A stretch of 64,000 nt of DNA from an uncultured Actinomycetota bacterium (GCA_963709985.1 CAVPYQ010000009.1:857-64856); one strand, 5' to 3'. Shown: positions 1 to 13,302, numbered from the stretch's first letter. Numbers and translations are program-made. The notes: generated by a model from the letters alone, not told the origin.

Positions 1-550
1 CCAGAAGCCACCGCCGCCGCATGCCGCCTCCAACCCACGCCGCTGCGCACCGCACTCGTATGGGTACACACGGTCAATGCGGATCATCCACCCACTACCC
101 CGACAGCGCCATGTCAAACGGGTGAACATCTGCAATCGCCTACCTAACCGGCCAGACGGGGCGGCGGCTCGACACCGGCGCAACGACACCCTCGTCGCAC
201 AAGTCGATACGAGTGCGGGCCCTCGGACGCCGCGGTGCCGCCTTCGCCCGCCGCATGTGAATGACGGCCGCGGTTGTTTACCCGACGGCCGGTGCGCGGG
301 CCGTGCTCGTGCCATTTGCGGTTTCTGCAATAGAGCGGCCGGATTCTCGCGGCGCCGTACGCGCGGCGGACATGAATTCTGTGCCCAAAGGAGTGCTTAC
401 GCCGCAGAAGAAGGCGAGACTTACAGACCAGCAGTCACGCTCATCGTTGCCGCCGACCTCGAGGGAGCCCGCATGCGCGTCGCAGGTATGTCCCACGTCG
501 CGCCCAGGACCTGAGCGCACGACCGAGCGAGCAACCGGGAGACGGGGAGC

Positions 551-3334
551 GTGGCCGTGCCGACTCGTGATCCTGCTCTGGGTCTGCGTGGTCGGCGCGG
601 CGAGTGCCAGGCTCTCGATCGAATGCTGGCCGATGCGCGAGCGGGTCAGAGCCGGGTGCTCGTCCTGCGCGGCGAGGCGGGTATCGGCAAGAGCGCGCTG
701 GTGGAGTACGTCCGCGAACACGCATCGGGTTGCCGCACTGCCCGGGCGGCCGGGGTCGAGTCGGAGATGGAGCTGGCATACGCGGGGTTGCATCAGCTCT
801 GTGCGCCGTTCCTCGACCGGGTCGAACGCCTTCCCGGCCCGCAGCGCGATGCACTGAGCACGGCTTTCGGCCTGCGCACGCGCGAACCCCCGGACCGGTT
901 CCTGGTCGGGCTCGCCGTCCTCAACCTGTTGGCGGGGATCGCCGACGAGCAGCCACTGGTGTGCCTCGTCGACGACGCGCAGTGGCTCGATCGGGTTTCC
1001 GCGCAGACGTTGGTGTTCGTTGCCCGCCGCCTGCTGGCGGAGCGGATCGCAATGGTCATCGCGGTGCGCGATCCGGCCAGCGATCTCGACTTGGCGGGAC
1101 TGCCCGAGCTCGCGATCCGCGGGCTCACCAATACGGATGCGGCTGCGCTGCTGGACTCGGTGATCAAGGGACCGATGGACAACCGGGTCCGCGATCGGAT
1201 TGTTGCCGAGACCCACGGCAATCCGCTGGCGTTGCTCGAGCTTCCCCGTGCGTGGACGACGGCCGAGCTGGCCGAAGGATTCGAGCAGCCTGAGTCGCTG
1301 CCGTTGACCGGCCGCATCGAGCAGAGTTTCCTGCACCGCCTGCAACAGCTTCCTCCCGACACCGGCCGGCTTCTCCTTACAGCAGCGGCTGAACCGCTCG
1401 GCGACGCGACGCTGCTCTGGCGCGCGGCGACGCTGCAGGGGCTCGGTGCCGACCCCGCGGCCGCCGCCGAGGCCGCCGGATTGATCGAGTTCGGCGCCCG
1501 GGTCCGGTTCCGGCATCCCCTGGTACGGGCCGCGGCGTACCGCCTGGCGTCAGCCGAGGAACGGCAGGAGGTGCACCGAGTTCTCGCGGAAGTCACCGAT
1601 CCCGAGATCGATCCGGACCGGCGCGCCTGGCACCGCGCCCAGGCCACGGCGTCGCCCGACGAGGAGATCGCGGCCGAACTGGAGCACTCGGCCGGGCGAG
1701 CCCAGGCACGCGGCGGCCTGGTCGCGGCGGCCGCGCTTCTCGAACGGGCGGCCAGCCTGACGCCGGAACCGGCCCGACGAGCGCAGCGCGAACTCGCGGC
1801 GGCCTGGGTCAAGCGCGACGCCGGCGCACTCGACGCGGCGCTTGCCCTGCTGGCCGCGGTCGAGGCCGGTCCGCCCGACGCGCTGCGCGCCGCCGAGGTT
1901 CAGCACCTGCGCGGGCAGATCGCGTTCGACCAGCGGCGCGACGCCGACGCCACCCGGCTGCTCCTCGACGCAGCCCGGCGGCTCGAGCCGCACGACACCG
2001 ACCTCGCGCGCGAGACCTACCTCGACGCCATGGCCGCCGCGATCTGGGCGAGCGGCCCGGACGCGTCCGATGCCGTCGTCCGGGCGGCCGAGGCCGCACG
2101 AGCGGCGCCACCGGCCCCTGAGCCGCCGCGGGCGATCGACGTCGTTCTGGATGCGCTCGCCACGAGGTTCACCGACGGCTATGTGGCGGCTGCGCCATTA
2201 CTCATCCGGGCGCTCGCCACCGTCCGCAACATCGACGTGGGCGCCGCGGATGTCGGCCGGTTGCTCTTGCTCGGCGGCAACCGGGTCAGCGCGATCCTCG
2301 CCACCGAGGTGTGGGACTTCGAGTCCGGACGGGCACTCGCCCAGCGCCAGGTCCAGATCGCCCGTGAGACCGGTGCGCTCGTTCAGTTGCAGTTCGCGCT
2401 CAACGTCCTCGCAAGCAACGAACTGCTGGCCGGCAACCTGGAATCCGCCGCGGCACTCATCGACGAGGATCGAGTGGTGGCCGACGCGACCGGCAACCCG
2501 CCGGTCGCCTACACGGCGATGCTGCTGGCCGCCTTCCGGGGCAACGAGGACGTCGCCGCCGCACAGATTGCCGCCTCCCGGGATGAGGCGTTGGCACTGG
2601 GCCAGGGCCGGATCGTGACCTTCGCCGACTACGCGAGCGCCGTACTCAACAATGGCCTCGGCCGCCACGACGCCGCGCGCGACGCCGCCCGCCGGGTCTT
2701 CGAGCGCAACGTCGTCGGCGGTTACCAGGTCCAGGCCATCGCCGAACTGGCCGAGGCAGCGTCACGTACAGGTGACCGCGAACTCGTGGCGGCAACGCTC
2801 GACCGGCTGTCCGAGCGCACCGCCGTGACCCCGACCGACTGGGTTCTGGGGATCACGACCCGGATGCAGGCCCTGCTCAGCGAGGGCGACGCCGCCGAGC
2901 GCCTCTATCGCGAGTCGATCGAGCGCCTGGCCCGGACCGGCGTCCGCGTCGAGATCGCCCGCGCCCATCTCCTGTTCGGCGAGTGGCTGCGCCGCGAGGG
3001 CCGGCGCATCGACGCCCGCGAACAGCTACGCACCGCCCACGAAATGCTTTCGGCAATGGGCCTGGGCGCGTTCGCCGACCGAGCCCGCCGCGAGTTGCTG
3101 GCCACCGGCGAGAAGGCCCGCAAACGTACGGTCGAGACGGCCGAGGAACTGACCGCCCAGGAATTCCAGATCGCGCGCCTCGCCCGCGAAGGGCTTTCGA
3201 ACCCGGAGATCGGCACCCGGCTGTTCGTCAGCCCGCGCACCGTCGAGTGGCATCTGCACAAGGTGTTCACCAAGCTCGGCGTGAGCTCGCGCAAACAGTT
3301 GCGGGAGGCCGCGCTCGACCCCGCACCGGCGTAG
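551..3334 (+). CDS. LuxR-family transcriptional regulator with N-terminal AAA/STAND ATPase (LAL/MalT-like)
   Basis: 927-aa ORF. Walker A GEAGIGKSAL near the N-terminus and a long helical middle. C-terminal LuxR HTH LTAQEFQIARLAREGLSNPEIGTRLFVSPRTVEWHLHKVFTKLGV. Confidence 0.9.
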   Translation: MAVPTRDPALGLRGRRGECQALDRMLADARAGQSRVLVLRGEAGIGKSALVEYVREHASGCRTARAAGVESEMELAYAGLHQLCAPFLDRVERLPGPQRDALSTAFGLRTREPPDRFLVGLAVLNLLAGIADEQPLVCLVDDAQWLDRVSAQTLVFVARRLLAERIAMVIAVRDPASDLDLAGLPELAIRGLTNTDAAALLDSVIKGPMDNRVRDRIVAETHGNPLALLELPRAWTTAELAEGFEQPESLPLTGRIEQSFLHRLQQLPPDTGRLLLTAAAEPLGDATLLWRAATLQGLGADPAAAAEAAGLIEFGARVRFRHPLVRAAAYRLASAEERQEVHRVLAEVTDPEIDPDRRAWHRAQATASPDEEIAAELEHSAGRAQARGGLVAAAALLERAASLTPEPARRAQRELAAAWVKRDAGALDAALALLAAVEAGPPDALRAAEVQHLRGQIAFDQRRDADATRLLLDAARRLEPHDTDLARETYLDAMAAAIWASGPDASDAVVRAAEAARAAPPAPEPPRAIDVVLDALATRFTDGYVAAAPLLIRALATVRNIDVGAADVGRLLLLGGNRVSAILATEVWDFESGRALAQRQVQIARETGALVQLQFALNVLASNELLAGNLESAAALIDEDRVVADATGNPPVAYTAMLLAAFRGNEDVAAAQIAASRDEALALGQGRIVTFADYASAVLNNGLGRHDAARDAARRVFERNVVGGYQVQAIAELAEAASRTGDRELVAATLDRLSERTAVTPTDWVLGITTRMQALLSEGDAAERLYRESIERLARTGVRVEIARAHLLFGEWLRREGRRIDAREQLRTAHEMLSAMGLGAFADRARRELLATGEKARKRTVETAEELTAQEFQIARLAREGLSNPEIGTRLFVSPRTVEWHLHKVFTKLGVSSRKQLREAALDPAPA

Positions 3335-3345
3335 CCGTCCGGCCG

Positions 3346-4320
3346 CTAGTCCGCGTCGGCTTGCTGCCGACGGGCGCGGGCTCGCCGTTTGCCTTCGTGC
3401 ATCGCCTGGACGCGCGCTATCGGGATCAGCCGTCCGTCTTCGACGAGTTCGGCGCTCAACTCCTGCGGCTCTGGCATCAGGTCGGACCAGCGGTCTGATC
3501 TGATACCAGAGTCGGACAACAGGGTCGTGGCCGTGTGCAGCGTGAAATCACCCGGGCCGATCCCGTCGAGTTCGTCCCAGGCCAGCGGAAACGAGACCGG
3601 CACACCGGCGCGCAGGCGCGGGCTGTAGGCCGCCACCACGGTGGCGCCGCCGGCGCGGGTCGAGTCGAGAAACACCTTGCCCGCACGCTCTTCGCGAACG
3701 AACGCCGTGGTGGCAAGCGATGGATCGATGCGCTCGGCGCGCGCGGCAATGGCCCGGGTCGCGGCGGCCACTTCTTCGGTGGTCGCGGACACGAGCGGCA
3801 CGAAGATGTGCAACCCCTTCGCCCCGCTCGTCTTGACCGCGCCCGCCAAGCCGGCATCGGCGAGCGCTTGCTGCACCAGCCGAGCGGCTCCGACCGCGAG
3901 CGCGAACGCGTCCCCTTCCGGCGGATCGATGTCGAGCACCAGATGCGTCGGACGATCGGGCTGCTCGACCCGGAACAGCGTCGGGTGATACTCGACGGCG
4001 CGTTGGTTGGCGAACCAGAGCAACGTTCTGCGGTCGTTGCACAGCGCGTAGGAGATCTCACGCTTGGAGGACTCCGCCCACAACTGCACGGTGGTCACCC
4101 AGTCCGGCGTGTATTTCGGAACGTTCTTCTGCATGAACGGCGCCTGGCCGCGCAGCACGCGCATCACCGACAGGGGCCGGTCTCGCAACTCGCGAACCAT
4201 CCGCTCGGCGACGGCATCGAGGTAGTCAACGAGATCTCGCTTGCTCGCCCCGGCACCGTCGAACAACTCCTGGTCCAGGTTCGTAAGACTGACGCCCTCG
4301 CGTGTTTCGTCCGTACCCAT
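3346..4320 (-). CDS. Stand-alone LigD-type NHEJ primase-polymerase domain protein
   Basis: The track ORF runs to 4656, but its first 112 aa overlap the lipase gene. ATG at 4320 (MGTDETREGVSLTNLDQELF) opens a ~324-aa protein. It carries LigD PolDom-like blocks (FMQKNVP, HLVLDIDPP, SGAKGLHIFVPL, GKVFLDSTR). Confidence 0.8.
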   Translation of the reverse strand: MGTDETREGVSLTNLDQELFDGAGASKRDLVDYLDAVAERMVRELRDRPLSVMRVLRGQAPFMQKNVPKYTPDWVTTVQLWAESSKREISYALCNDRRTLLWFANQRAVEYHPTLFRVEQPDRPTHLVLDIDPPEGDAFALAVGAARLVQQALADAGLAGAVKTSGAKGLHIFVPLVSATTEEVAAATRAIAARAERIDPSLATTAFVREERAGKVFLDSTRAGGATVVAAYSPRLRAGVPVSFPLAWDELDGIGPGDFTLHTATTLLSDSGIRSDRWSDLMPEPQELSAELVEDGRLIPIARVQAMHEGKRRARARRQQADAD

Positions 4321-4376
4321 CGCCTTATCGTGCACCTTCGTGATGGACAGACCGCTCAACCGCAGTAGAGGTTCGG

Positions 4377-5219
4377 CTAAACGGCCGGCTTGCAGGCGAG
4401 ATTCAGCGGCACGGTGGTCGGCGACAGGACATGCAGGTAGGTGTTCAACGCGTGGCAGCAGCCGAGACTCCAACGCGCATACGTCAGGGAGTTGATCGCG
4501 TAGCCCGCGGTGACCGGCTGGTAGTTGTCCGATGCGTCGACCGGAAAGCGCGGGACGATATCGAGTTGGTTGTAGATCCGCCAGGACACAGTGCTGAGGC
4601 CGCCGTAGCGTGCAGCAAAGGTCGCGTCGCCCACTCGGGGTGACGCGAACGTCCACGCCTGCGGTTTGAGCGGCGTATTCGCGGCCATGTCGGCGACCAG
4701 AAGGGTTGCCAATGCGCCGCCGAGGCTATGGCCACACACGACCATTGGTACGGCCGGATCAAGGTCATTCGCGAATGCGAGGACAGAGTTCGCAACATCT
4801 GCGGCGAACGTGCTCGACGCCGCCGCAATCCCCTGCTGACCCGGGACCATGGTGCCAAAGGTCTTGTAGACGCCGTAGAAGCCTTGTGCGACTTTGCCGC
4901 CGTTCGAAACCTGGGTGAACGGCACCAGGTCCCAATGCAGGTCATCCCACCATTCGACGGCTGAGGCCGTGCCTCTCAGCGCAACGACCGAGGTTGCCGG
5001 CTCACCGCCGACGGCTACAAATCCGTAGAACGCGCGCGTCTTCGTCGGGCCGAGGAAGTCAGACATCTGAATCGTGCGTACCAGCGTGTATCCGGCGGGC
5101 ATGTTCTTGACTGTCGCCGGATTTGGTTCGCTGGGATTACTGACGTACTGGTCGTATGCCGCCTGAATGAACGGCCCCCAGGTGACCGCGGTTGCCGGAT
5201 TCATGGGGTCAGCGGCCAT
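4377..5219 (-). CDS. Class-3 (fungal-type) lipase family protein
   Basis: 280 aa. Nucleophile elbow VVCGHSLGGALATL and typical Lipase_3 layout. Confidence 0.85.
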   Translation of the reverse strand: MAADPMNPATAVTWGPFIQAAYDQYVSNPSEPNPATVKNMPAGYTLVRTIQMSDFLGPTKTRAFYGFVAVGGEPATSVVALRGTASAVEWWDDLHWDLVPFTQVSNGGKVAQGFYGVYKTFGTMVPGQQGIAAASSTFAADVANSVLAFANDLDPAVPMVVCGHSLGGALATLLVADMAANTPLKPQAWTFASPRVGDATFAARYGGLSTVSWRIYNQLDIVPRFPVDASDNYQPVTAGYAINSLTYARWSLGCCHALNTYLHVLSPTTVPLNLACKPAV

Positions 5220-5290
5220 GTCGCGTCCTCAATTCATCGAACCGGTCGACGGTCAGGCGAACTGCCGATCAGCGCGAGGTTTGTGGCGGC

Positions 5291-6694
5291 TCAGTGATGG
5301 TAGGAGTTGCGGGTGCGTCCTTCGCGCGGCATGGGGCTGGCAAGGCTCTCCAGGTAGGTCACGGCGCTGCGCAGGTTTTCGAGCAGGTAGTCGGCCAAAT
5401 CCATCGACACGCCGTTACGGACCACGATGCGTTGGACGGTCGTATCACTGAGGTTGTCGGGCAGCGGATACGAGGGCACCTGCCAGCCCTTTTCTCGCAG
5501 TTGGTTGCTGAGATCGTGCAGATCCCACAGACCGTTGCAGTTCGGGCCGAGACGCCAGGCGAAGACCGGCAGGTCGGAACCGTCACTGAGCAGCTCGAAC
5601 GGTCCCATGTCGGCGATGGCACCGGACAGATGCAGCGCGACATCTTGGCTGGCCTGTTGCACACGTCGATAGCCGTCAAATCCCAACCGCAGGAAGTTGT
5701 AGTACTGCAAGAGCACTTGCGCCCCGGGCCGGGAGAAGTTGATCGCCAGTGTCGGCATCTCGCCGCCGAGATAGGACACCCGAAACACCAGGCTGTCGGG
5801 AAGCAGGTCGGCCGAGCGCCACACGACCCAGCCGATGCCCGGATACACCAGCCCGTACTTGTGCCCGGACGTGCTGATCGAATGCACCCGCGGCAACTGG
5901 AAGTCCCAGACCAGATCGGGGCTGAGGAACGGCGCCACGAACGCCCCCGATGCGCCATCGACGTGAATGGGAATGTCGAGCCCGGTCCGAGCCTCCAACT
6001 CGTCGAGCGCCGCGGCTATCGCCTGGACCGGCTCATAGACGCCGGTGTAGGTCTGGCCGAGGATCGCGACCACTCCGATCGTGTTCTCATCGACATACTT
6101 CTCGATCTCGTAGCCATCCAGCATCGGATGTTCCTCACTGATCGGCACATAGCGAGGCTCGATGTCCCAGTAGTTGGCGAACTTCTCCCATACGACCTGC
6201 ACCGCGCTGCTCATCACCAGGTTCGGCTGATCGGCGTTCTTGCCCGCACTTCGCCGGGCGTCTTGCCAACGCCGTTTGAGTGCCAGGCCGCCCAGCATGC
6301 AGGCCTCGGAGGAACCAACCGCCGAGGTGCCGACGGTGCTCTGCGGGTCGGGTGCGTGCCACAGGTCGGCGAGCATGCGCCAGCAGCGTTCTTCGATGGC
6401 CGCAGTCAGCGGGTACTCATCCTTGTCGATCATGTTTTTGTCAAATGTGTCGCTGTACAGCTGCGATGCCTGCGGCTCCATCCATGTGGTGACGAAGGTC
6501 GCCAGGTTCTGCCGGGCGTTTCCGTCCAGCATCGCCTCGTCCCGAACAATCTGATAGGCGGTTTCGGGCAGCATGCCGTTCGCCGGAAGGGCGAATCGCG
6601 GCACGGACAGATCCTCCGCGCGCCGGGCGAACAGCGGGTTTATCGACAGCGATTCCGGACGTGACGCCTTCTCATGGGTCTGGATACGAACCAC
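5291..6694 (-). CDS. gadB: Glutamate decarboxylase (PLP-dependent)
   Basis: 467 aa with full-length resemblance to Gad enzymes. Blocks include LDGNARQNLATFVTTW, DKDEYP and SGHKYGLVYPGIGWVVWR (PLP lysine). Confidence 0.95.
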   Translation of the reverse strand: MVRIQTHEKASRPESLSINPLFARRAEDLSVPRFALPANGMLPETAYQIVRDEAMLDGNARQNLATFVTTWMEPQASQLYSDTFDKNMIDKDEYPLTAAIEERCWRMLADLWHAPDPQSTVGTSAVGSSEACMLGGLALKRRWQDARRSAGKNADQPNLVMSSAVQVVWEKFANYWDIEPRYVPISEEHPMLDGYEIEKYVDENTIGVVAILGQTYTGVYEPVQAIAAALDELEARTGLDIPIHVDGASGAFVAPFLSPDLVWDFQLPRVHSISTSGHKYGLVYPGIGWVVWRSADLLPDSLVFRVSYLGGEMPTLAINFSRPGAQVLLQYYNFLRLGFDGYRRVQQASQDVALHLSGAIADMGPFELLSDGSDLPVFAWRLGPNCNGLWDLHDLSNQLREKGWQVPSYPLPDNLSDTTVQRIVVRNGVSMDLADYLLENLRSAVTYLESLASPMPREGRTRNSYHH

Positions 6695-6886
6695 GGTCCC
6701 CCCTCAGCTGGTGATTACCCGCACCCGAAACGCAGCAGCGTGCTGCGATCGCTCGACTCCCCTGTCCGGTTCATTCCCCAAGCTAGAAACGATCGCGCGA
6801 GAACGCTTCGTCCTGACAGGATGAGCTCGTCACCAGTCCGCGGCACGCACGCGGGGTCGACACAAGCACGGGCGGGGAGGGTTGCG

Positions 6887-7837
6887 ATGCGAGCGACCTC
6901 GACCTGGGAGCTGCCCGACGGCTGGGTTCCGATCAGTTCCCAACGCTTCGGCCCATTCGTCGTCCGCGAACTTGTGCGTCGACCGGACGGGCAGGTCGTC
7001 GAGTTCACGGCCCGACGACATCGCAAAGGACGCGGTCCTGCTCCAGTCGAAGCCGCGACGGGGAAACGAGCCAAGTCGCCACGGCCCCAGGCGGTCATCT
7101 GGGCCCCGCACGATATCGGTTGGTGGGTCGGAGCCCTGTTCATCGTCGGATCAGCCTGCTTTGTCCTCGGATCGGTGCCGCACCTGTCCTCCGTGGTATC
7201 CGCGAAGATCATCGCCTGCATCTACTTCCTCGGCTCGCTCTTCTTCACCGGCGCGGGTTACCTCCAGTACGTGCAGGCGATCAACGCACGCGGCACCGGT
7301 GAGCACCGAACCCGCCACCGATGGGTCGGGGCGACGCCGCGCGGCCTCGGCTGGTGGGCAGCGGCGGTACAGCTGGCCGGCACATTGTTCTTCAACGTAA
7401 CGACCTTCGAGGCGTTGCAAACGGGATTCACGGTGCACCAGGAGAATCTGCGCGTGTGGTCGCCGGACTTCTTCGGCTCGATCTGCTTCCTCCTCGCCAG
7501 CTGGCTCGCCATCGAGGAGATACGTGCACCCGACGGTCGCCGCTGGCGCTGGGCCGAGATCCCGTGGCGCATCGTGTGGATCAACATGATCGGATCGATC
7601 TTCTTCATGGCCTCGGCGATCGCCGCATTCGTCCGCCCGGCAACCGATGACCTGCTCTCAGCCAGTATCGCCAACGGCGGCACATTCCTCGGCGCCCTGT
7701 GCTTTCTCAGGGCCGCCTGGCTGCTGCTCGTCGAACTCGCCGACACCGACACCGACCCCGCCACCGCTCTGAACGCGGCTTCAACCGACGCGCCCGGCCC
7801 AGGTGATAGTCCAAGGACAGCTGCGAGCCCTGGTTGA
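6887..7837 (+). CDS. Integral membrane protein of unknown function (YrhK-like repeats)
   Basis: Multiple hydrophobic helices with repeated GSxCF / FFxxA segments. ATG 6887 is preceded by GGGGAGG; ATG 6821 is an alternative. The track start at 6674 overlaps gad and is rejected. Confidence 0.6.
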   Translation: MRATSTWELPDGWVPISSQRFGPFVVRELVRRPDGQVVEFTARRHRKGRGPAPVEAATGKRAKSPRPQAVIWAPHDIGWWVGALFIVGSACFVLGSVPHLSSVVSAKIIACIYFLGSLFFTGAGYLQYVQAINARGTGEHRTRHRWVGATPRGLGWWAAAVQLAGTLFFNVTTFEALQTGFTVHQENLRVWSPDFFGSICFLLASWLAIEEIRAPDGRRWRWAEIPWRIVWINMIGSIFFMASAIAAFVRPATDDLLSASIANGGTFLGALCFLRAAWLLLVELADTDTDPATALNAASTDAPGPGDSPRTAASPG

Positions 7838-7972
7838 CATATGGGCCGCGTCGCACACTGTCCACTGTGGACGGCTGGTTCGTCCGGCCGGGCACCTGAT
7901 CGCTTGCGGCGGTGACGGTTGCTGTTGTCAGACCCCTTCTCCCAATTGGGATCCGCTCGAAAGGAACGGGAC

Positions 7973-8578
7973 ATGAGAAAGCTGATCGTGAACACCTTCT
8001 TGACCCTCGACGGTGTGATGCAGGCCCCGGGCGGACCGGGAGAGGACGACAGCGGCGGCTTCGCGCTCGGTGGCTGGTCGGTGAACTATTGGGACGAGCA
8101 GATGGGCCAGGTCATGGGCGAGGCGATGAGCACGCCGTTCGACCTCGTTCTCGGACGCAAGACCTACGACATCTTCGCCGCATACTGGCCGCACGCTTCA
8201 GACAATCCCGGCGCCGAGCCGTTGAACAACGCGACCAAGTACGTCATATCGCGAAGTGGTCGCACGCTGGAGTGGGGCCCCTCGGTGCTCATCGAGGGAG
8301 ACGCGGCTGCAGGCATCGCGGCACTCAAGAACGACGACGGCCCGGAACTGCAGGTGCACGGCAGCGGCAACCTGATCCAGACGCTGTTGCGCCACAACCT
8401 CGTCGACCAGTACCGCCTGTGGGTCTTTCCACTCGTCATCGGATCGGGCAAGCGCCTCTTCGCCGAAGGCACCATCCCGGCCGGACTCAAACTCGTCGGC
8501 AGCGTGGTCTCCAGCACCGGAGTCATGATCGGTACGTATGAGCCGGCCGGAGAGATCGTCACCGGCTCATTCGCGTAG
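7973..8578 (+). CDS. Dihydrofolate reductase family protein (RibD C-terminal domain type)
   Basis: MRKLIVNTFLTLDGVMQAPGG..., VHGSGNLIQTLL, LWVFPLVIGSGKRLF. AAGGAA lies 7 nt upstream of ATG 7973. Confidence 0.85.
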   Translation: MRKLIVNTFLTLDGVMQAPGGPGEDDSGGFALGGWSVNYWDEQMGQVMGEAMSTPFDLVLGRKTYDIFAAYWPHASDNPGAEPLNNATKYVISRSGRTLEWGPSVLIEGDAAAGIAALKNDDGPELQVHGSGNLIQTLLRHNLVDQYRLWVFPLVIGSGKRLFAEGTIPAGLKLVGSVVSSTGVMIGTYEPAGEIVTGSFA

Positions 8579-8636
8579 GACGACCGCGCTTCGGCGGAAA
8601 TGCCGGGCCACGTTGCGTGCGCGGGCTGAATCCCAA

Positions 8637-8667
8637 TCTTGATTCATTCCAGAAAATGGGCCAGACT
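8637..8667 (+). promoter_or_regulatory. Putative furA promoter with FurA-box-like A/T-rich operator
   Basis: TTGATT (8639-8644), 17-nt spacer, CAGACT (8662-8667), ending 7 nt before GTG 8675. From memory, CTTGATTCATTCCAGAAAATGGG resembles the FurA-protected pfurA region of mycobacteria. Confidence 0.5.
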
Positions 8668-8674
8668 GCGGAGC

Positions 8675-11312
<2,638 letters not shown>

Positions 11313-11319
11313 TCCCGAT

Positions 11320-11353
11320 GTCTGGGTCGGCCGCACCGGCGGCCGACCCAGAC
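11320..11353 (+). terminator. Perfect 15-bp stem / 4-nt loop hairpin after katG
   Basis: GTCTGGGTCGGCCGC-ACCG-GCGGCCGACCCAGAC starts 8 nt after the katG stop. There is no U-tract, as is common in high-GC actinobacteria. Confidence 0.7.
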
Positions 11354-11462
11354 ACAGCTAGCCCCAACCGCCTGACCGTCTGCAGATCGGGTCGCTGCGG
11401 CGCTTCGATCTGCACACGGTCGGCGGGCAAGCAACACCCGGGTCGGCTGCTAGCGTGCTGGC

Positions 11463-11969
11463 GTGGCCGCGGACGAGGGCTTCGGGTCCAGGCCGGAGGA
11501 GCCGGTAAGGGTCGACGCAGCACTCCCGCGGATCCCGGCTTCGGCGGGCGCGCTCGTGTGGGACCGAAAGGGTCGGCTGCTGATCCTCAAGCCCACGTAC
11601 AAGTCGGGCTGGACCATCCCGGGCGGCGTCATCGAGGCAAACGGTGAGACTCCCTGGGAGGCCTGCCAGCGAGAGACGCGCGAGGAGTGCGGGCTCGACG
11701 TGCGGCACGGCCGCCTGGCGTGCGTGGACTTCCTGCGTCCACGTCCGCGGCGGCCCGGAGGCATGCGGTTCCTGTTCGACTGCGGCACGTTCGACGATGC
11801 CACGCTGGCCGGCGTCGTCTTGCAGGAAGAGGAGATCTCCGCGTATCGATTGGCACGAGTCGAGCGCGCGCTGGAACTGCTCAGCGGGCCGGTGCGCCGA
11901 CGCGTCGCAGCGGCCGTCCGGAAACCGGGCCGCGTTCACTACCTCGAGGACGGGCGGCCGGTTCGCTGA
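11463..11969 (+). CDS. NUDIX hydrolase
   Basis: NUDIX box GGVIEANGETPWEACQRETREECGL. Confidence 0.8.
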   Translation: MAADEGFGSRPEEPVRVDAALPRIPASAGALVWDRKGRLLILKPTYKSGWTIPGGVIEANGETPWEACQRETREECGLDVRHGRLACVDFLRPRPRRPGGMRFLFDCGTFDDATLAGVVLQEEEISAYRLARVERALELLSGPVRRRVAAAVRKPGRVHYLEDGRPVR

Positions 11970-12126
11970 CTACCGGTCAGCAGCGCATTCCTGGCGATGA
12001 CGGTCCCGCCGTTCTACGACGCGACGCGGGCGTTCGGGGCCATTAGCATGGCCAAGATTCTTCTCCCGCAAGGCACATCAACCGTCATCTGTCAGCGGCG
12101 GATCCGCCGTCATCACCGAGCAGGAG

Positions 12127-13302
12127 TTGACCTTCATGGCGAAGGTGCGGAGCCGCAGTCGGTGGTTGCCCGACACGTTGTCCGGCGGGATGTCCGGCGC
12201 GTTGTCCGGCCCGTCCCCGGTCGTGGCGGTGCTGGCTGTGCTGATCGCCACCGTCGCGGCCGTCGCTGTCGCGGTGTTGGTCAACACCAGCGCGGCCGGC
12301 GCGGTAGTACCCGCCAACGGTGGCGTGAGTGAGCGCGATCTGCTCGGACGCAGCATCGACGGCCGGCCGATCTACGCCTACCGAATGGGCAGCCCGTACG
12401 CCCCGACGAAGGCAGTCGTGATCGGCAATACGCACGGCGACGAGACGGCCGGCATCACGGTTGCCGATGCGATCATCAATGGCAAAGGAGTGCACGCCGT
12501 CGATCTGTGGGTGATCCCCACGATGAATCCGGACGGCACCGCGGCGCACCACCATGGCAATGCGCGCGGTGTCGACCTGAACCGCAACTTCCCGTTCCAC
12601 TGGGCCAGGCTGAGCGGCTACCACTACTCCGGAACGGGCGGGATGTCCGAGCCGGAAACCCGCATCATCATGAACTTCCTGAACCGGATCAAGCCTCGAT
12701 ACGTCGTCTCGATGCACCAACCACTCGACGGTGTCGACACGACTGACGGTGGCGCCCGCGATCCCGCATTTCGCCGGAGACTGGCGAGCAATCTCGCCCT
12801 GCCGCAGAAGCCGTTCACCTGTTTCGGCGTCTGCACCGGCACGATGACCGGCTGGTTCACGCACTATCACACCGGCGCGGCCATCGTCGTCGAATTCCCG
12901 GCCAGCGTGGCCCACAGCTACCTGACCGGACGAGCGGCGCCGGGAATCATCAAGGCCATCGGTGCGCGCTACGACACGACCGCCGATCACAACCCGTTCG
13001 GTCATGTGGACTCGGTGTCGGCGAAGGGCGCGACCGTCACCTTCTCCGGATGGGCACTCGACCCGGACATCAGGACGGGCTCGATGTTGGTGCGCGTCTC
13101 GGAAGGCGCAAGCATCCGCTGGCAGCACCTGACATCGGTGTATCGCCGAGACATCAACACGATCTATCACGCGAGCGGCAACCATGGCTTCAAGGCCAGC
13201 ATCAGCGCCGCGAGCGGCGCACACACCTATTGCGTCACGCTGATCAACCACGACATCGGCAACGCCAGCCCGCGATATTGCTACCACGTCAACGTCGCGT
13301 AG
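12127..13302 (+). CDS. M14-family zinc carboxypeptidase with N-terminal membrane anchor/signal and extra C-terminal domain
   Basis: NTHGDETAG (HxxE), IPTMNPDG, VDLNRNF, SMHQP. A hydrophobic N-terminal segment is present. The exact start is uncertain (12127 or ATG 12136). Confidence 0.85.
   Translation: MTFMAKVRSRSRWLPDTLSGGMSGALSGPSPVVAVLAVLIATVAAVAVAVLVNTSAAGAVVPANGGVSERDLLGRSIDGRPIYAYRMGSPYAPTKAVVIGNTHGDETAGITVADAIINGKGVHAVDLWVIPTMNPDGTAAHHHGNARGVDLNRNFPFHWARLSGYHYSGTGGMSEPETRIIMNFLNRIKPRYVVSMHQPLDGVDTTDGGARDPAFRRRLASNLALPQKPFTCFGVCTGTMTGWFTHYHTGAAIVVEFPASVAHSYLTGRAAPGIIKAIGARYDTTADHNPFGHVDSVSAKGATVTFSGWALDPDIRTGSMLVRVSEGASIRWQHLTSVYRRDINTIYHASGNHGFKASISAASGAHTYCVTLINHDIGNASPRYCYHVNVA

Noticed and set aside
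1-129. Possible 5' end of a minus-strand gene running off the left edge (MIRIDRVYPYECGAQRRGLEAACGGGGFW..)
   Set aside because: It is only 29-43 codons long, with no RBS or family support. It cannot be evaluated inside this window. The remaining 130-550 region showed no convincing ORF.
278-1516. 412-aa minus-strand ORF plus several other ORFs over 77-1812
   Set aside because: It is antisense or out of frame to the well-supported LuxR/LAL regulator. It has an Arg-rich low-complexity translation and no family resemblance.
5192-6664. 490-aa plus-strand ORF
   Set aside because: It is antisense to the glutamate decarboxylase gene and resembles no family.
12085-13287. 400-aa minus-strand ORF
   Set aside because: It is antisense to the M14 peptidase gene, which has clear zinc-peptidase motifs.
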